Source: an uncultured bacterium
GTDB taxonomy: Bacteria; Fidelibacterota; Marinisomatia; Marinisomatales; TCS56
Assembly: GCA_964628055.1 (NCBI GenBank)
Contig: CAZVNL010000001.1
Coordinates: 4,114-68,113 of the forward strand
Direction: 5' to 3'
Length of the DNA: 64,000 nt
The translations under genes and the position numbers were made by a program. Of the stretch, positions 63,104-64,000 are shown one piece after another; position 1 is the stretch's first letter, and the number at the start of each line of letters is the position of its first letter. The notes beneath the pieces are model-generated. The model ran no database searches and was not told the origin of the DNA. It saw nothing but the letters and a program-made list of their open reading frames with translations.

Positions 63104-64000
63104 TCAGATTTCGCGCCAGGTAAGTGCCACGTATTCGTATTTCCAACGGGAGGTAAAGTAATGCTTCGGATAGATGTGAAACAAGTTCATGATACCATGA
63201 TCTAATTTATCATTCTTCACCGCTTTCACAAACAGTGCTCCGTACAGTCGCGAATCGCTACTGCTCCCTCCATCATCGTCATCATCATCGTCATCTTCCC
63301 CTCCGATCCACTCTAACCGTCCACTGGGAACGTAAAGAACGCCATAAACGGTGCTGTGTTGTAACTTTATTCCCTCGCGCCCGGTACACAAGGCCCACAC
63401 CTGAGAATCCCCCTCAATCTCGATCCTTTCTTTGGCATATAACTCATTGAAAGTTACCGGCCAATCGGACACGGGTAAGGCCGAATGGTCCTTGCCAAAC
63501 TGCGTTTCATGTTTCAACTTGATGTTCTTCTTGGAAATGAAGATGATATTATCGTTTACTTCAACATTTGTATTCCCATGTTGCTGGCATTCAATATCAT
63601 CTGTGGCGACAATAATCCCCGGGAGGGCGATTCCGTTCTCGAAAAAGACGCCCCCGGTTACGTAAGTGCCTTTTAACTTGACTTTTCCCTTAACGAATAA
63701 AGTTCGGTTGGTATACTGACTTAAATCCAACGTGCCTCCCGTGAGGTCTAGATCCCCCTTGTATTTATTTCCGCTTGTATGGGTAATACTGGACGCTATA
63801 GCAATAAGGCTATCATACGGGGTAGCACTAATCACGGGAAGAGTCGGCACGGGATCGGGATAAACCGACCAGGTGAAATATTGGTCAAAATCTCCCTCCA
63901 CAATATATCCGCCGGTGGGTACGGAGATATCGGTGGGATTCCCTGGAGGATCCCCGATCTCAGCCTCCTCATCAACTTTTACACTAAAGCCCATGTACAA
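63104..64000 (-). CDS. Hypothetical protein with poly-Asp tract (C-terminal part; N-terminus beyond the window)
   Basis: The ORF is open to the window edge, so the leading M in the track is an artefact. It is beta-rich and contains GGEDDDDDDDDGGSSSD. Confidence 0.5.
   Translation of the reverse strand: MYMGFSVKVDEEAEIGDPPGNPTDISVPTGGYIVEGDFDQYFTWSVYPDPVPTLPVISATPYDSLIAIASSITHTSGNKYKGDLDLTGGTLDLSQYTNRTLFVKGKVKLKGTYVTGGVFFENGIALPGIIVATDDIECQQHGNTNVEVNDNIIFISKKNIKLKHETQFGKDHSALPVSDWPVTFNELYAKERIEIEGDSQVWALCTGREGIKLQHSTVYGVLYVPSGRLEWIGGEDDDDDDDDGGSSSDSRLYGALFVKAVKNDKLDHGIMNLFHIYPKHYFTSRWKYEYVALTWREI
63272..63295 (-). repeat. Poly-aspartate codon run (8 x GAT/GAC)
   Basis: Plus-strand atc atc gtc atc atc atc gtc atc. 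Confidence 0.95.

Overview
This 64-kb bacterial window is densely coding: about 58 protein genes, nearly all on the minus strand, plus one tRNA-Ala(GGC). I saw no rRNA, CRISPR array, transposase or integrase. A protein with a T9SS-type C-terminal sorting tail hints at an FCB-superphylum-like lineage, but that is inference only. The centrepiece is a 21-gene, ~23.5-kb co-directional operon-like cluster (34174-57663, minus strand) for anaerobic benzoate/4-hydroxybenzoate catabolism. It starts with a MarR (BadR-like) regulator and a class-I ATP-dependent benzoyl-CoA reductase in bcrC-B-A-D order. The Thauera-type modified beta-oxidation genes follow (dch, had, long-form oah), then two thiolases, a reversed HADH-ECH fusion and an SDR. 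It ends with a 4-hydroxybenzoyl-CoA reductase (hcrC-A-B, whose FAD subunit carries the four-Cys insertion) plus XdhC and MocA maturation genes. The most interesting item is a four-gene module wedged inside this operon (47810-52531). It consists of an ACSL-type CoA ligase, an orphan BcrB paralogue with no partner subunit, a ketopantoate-reductase-family dehydrogenase and an HgdC-type activase. It matches neither the canonical BCR (2+2) nor the 2-hydroxyacyl-CoA dehydratase (heterodimer plus activase) layout. Second, at the left edge (1-263, minus) the ORF track missed a lipoprotein gene because it is split by an in-frame TGA. That TGA is followed by an fdhF-like SECIS hairpin with a GGUC loop 18 nt downstream, making it a selenocysteine candidate. 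The flanks hold housekeeping and envelope genes: yciH, a CPA1 antiporter, DPP-IV, UDG, PpiD, pepA, acs, rmuC and a UvrD-nuclease fusion. They also hold an ECF sigma module, a NamZ/symporter/OMP locus, a porin/PBP-like/histidine-kinase triad, a collagen-like lipoprotein, a frameshifted OMP pseudogene and several uncharacterised membrane proteins. All functional calls rest on motif recognition by eye, without database searches.
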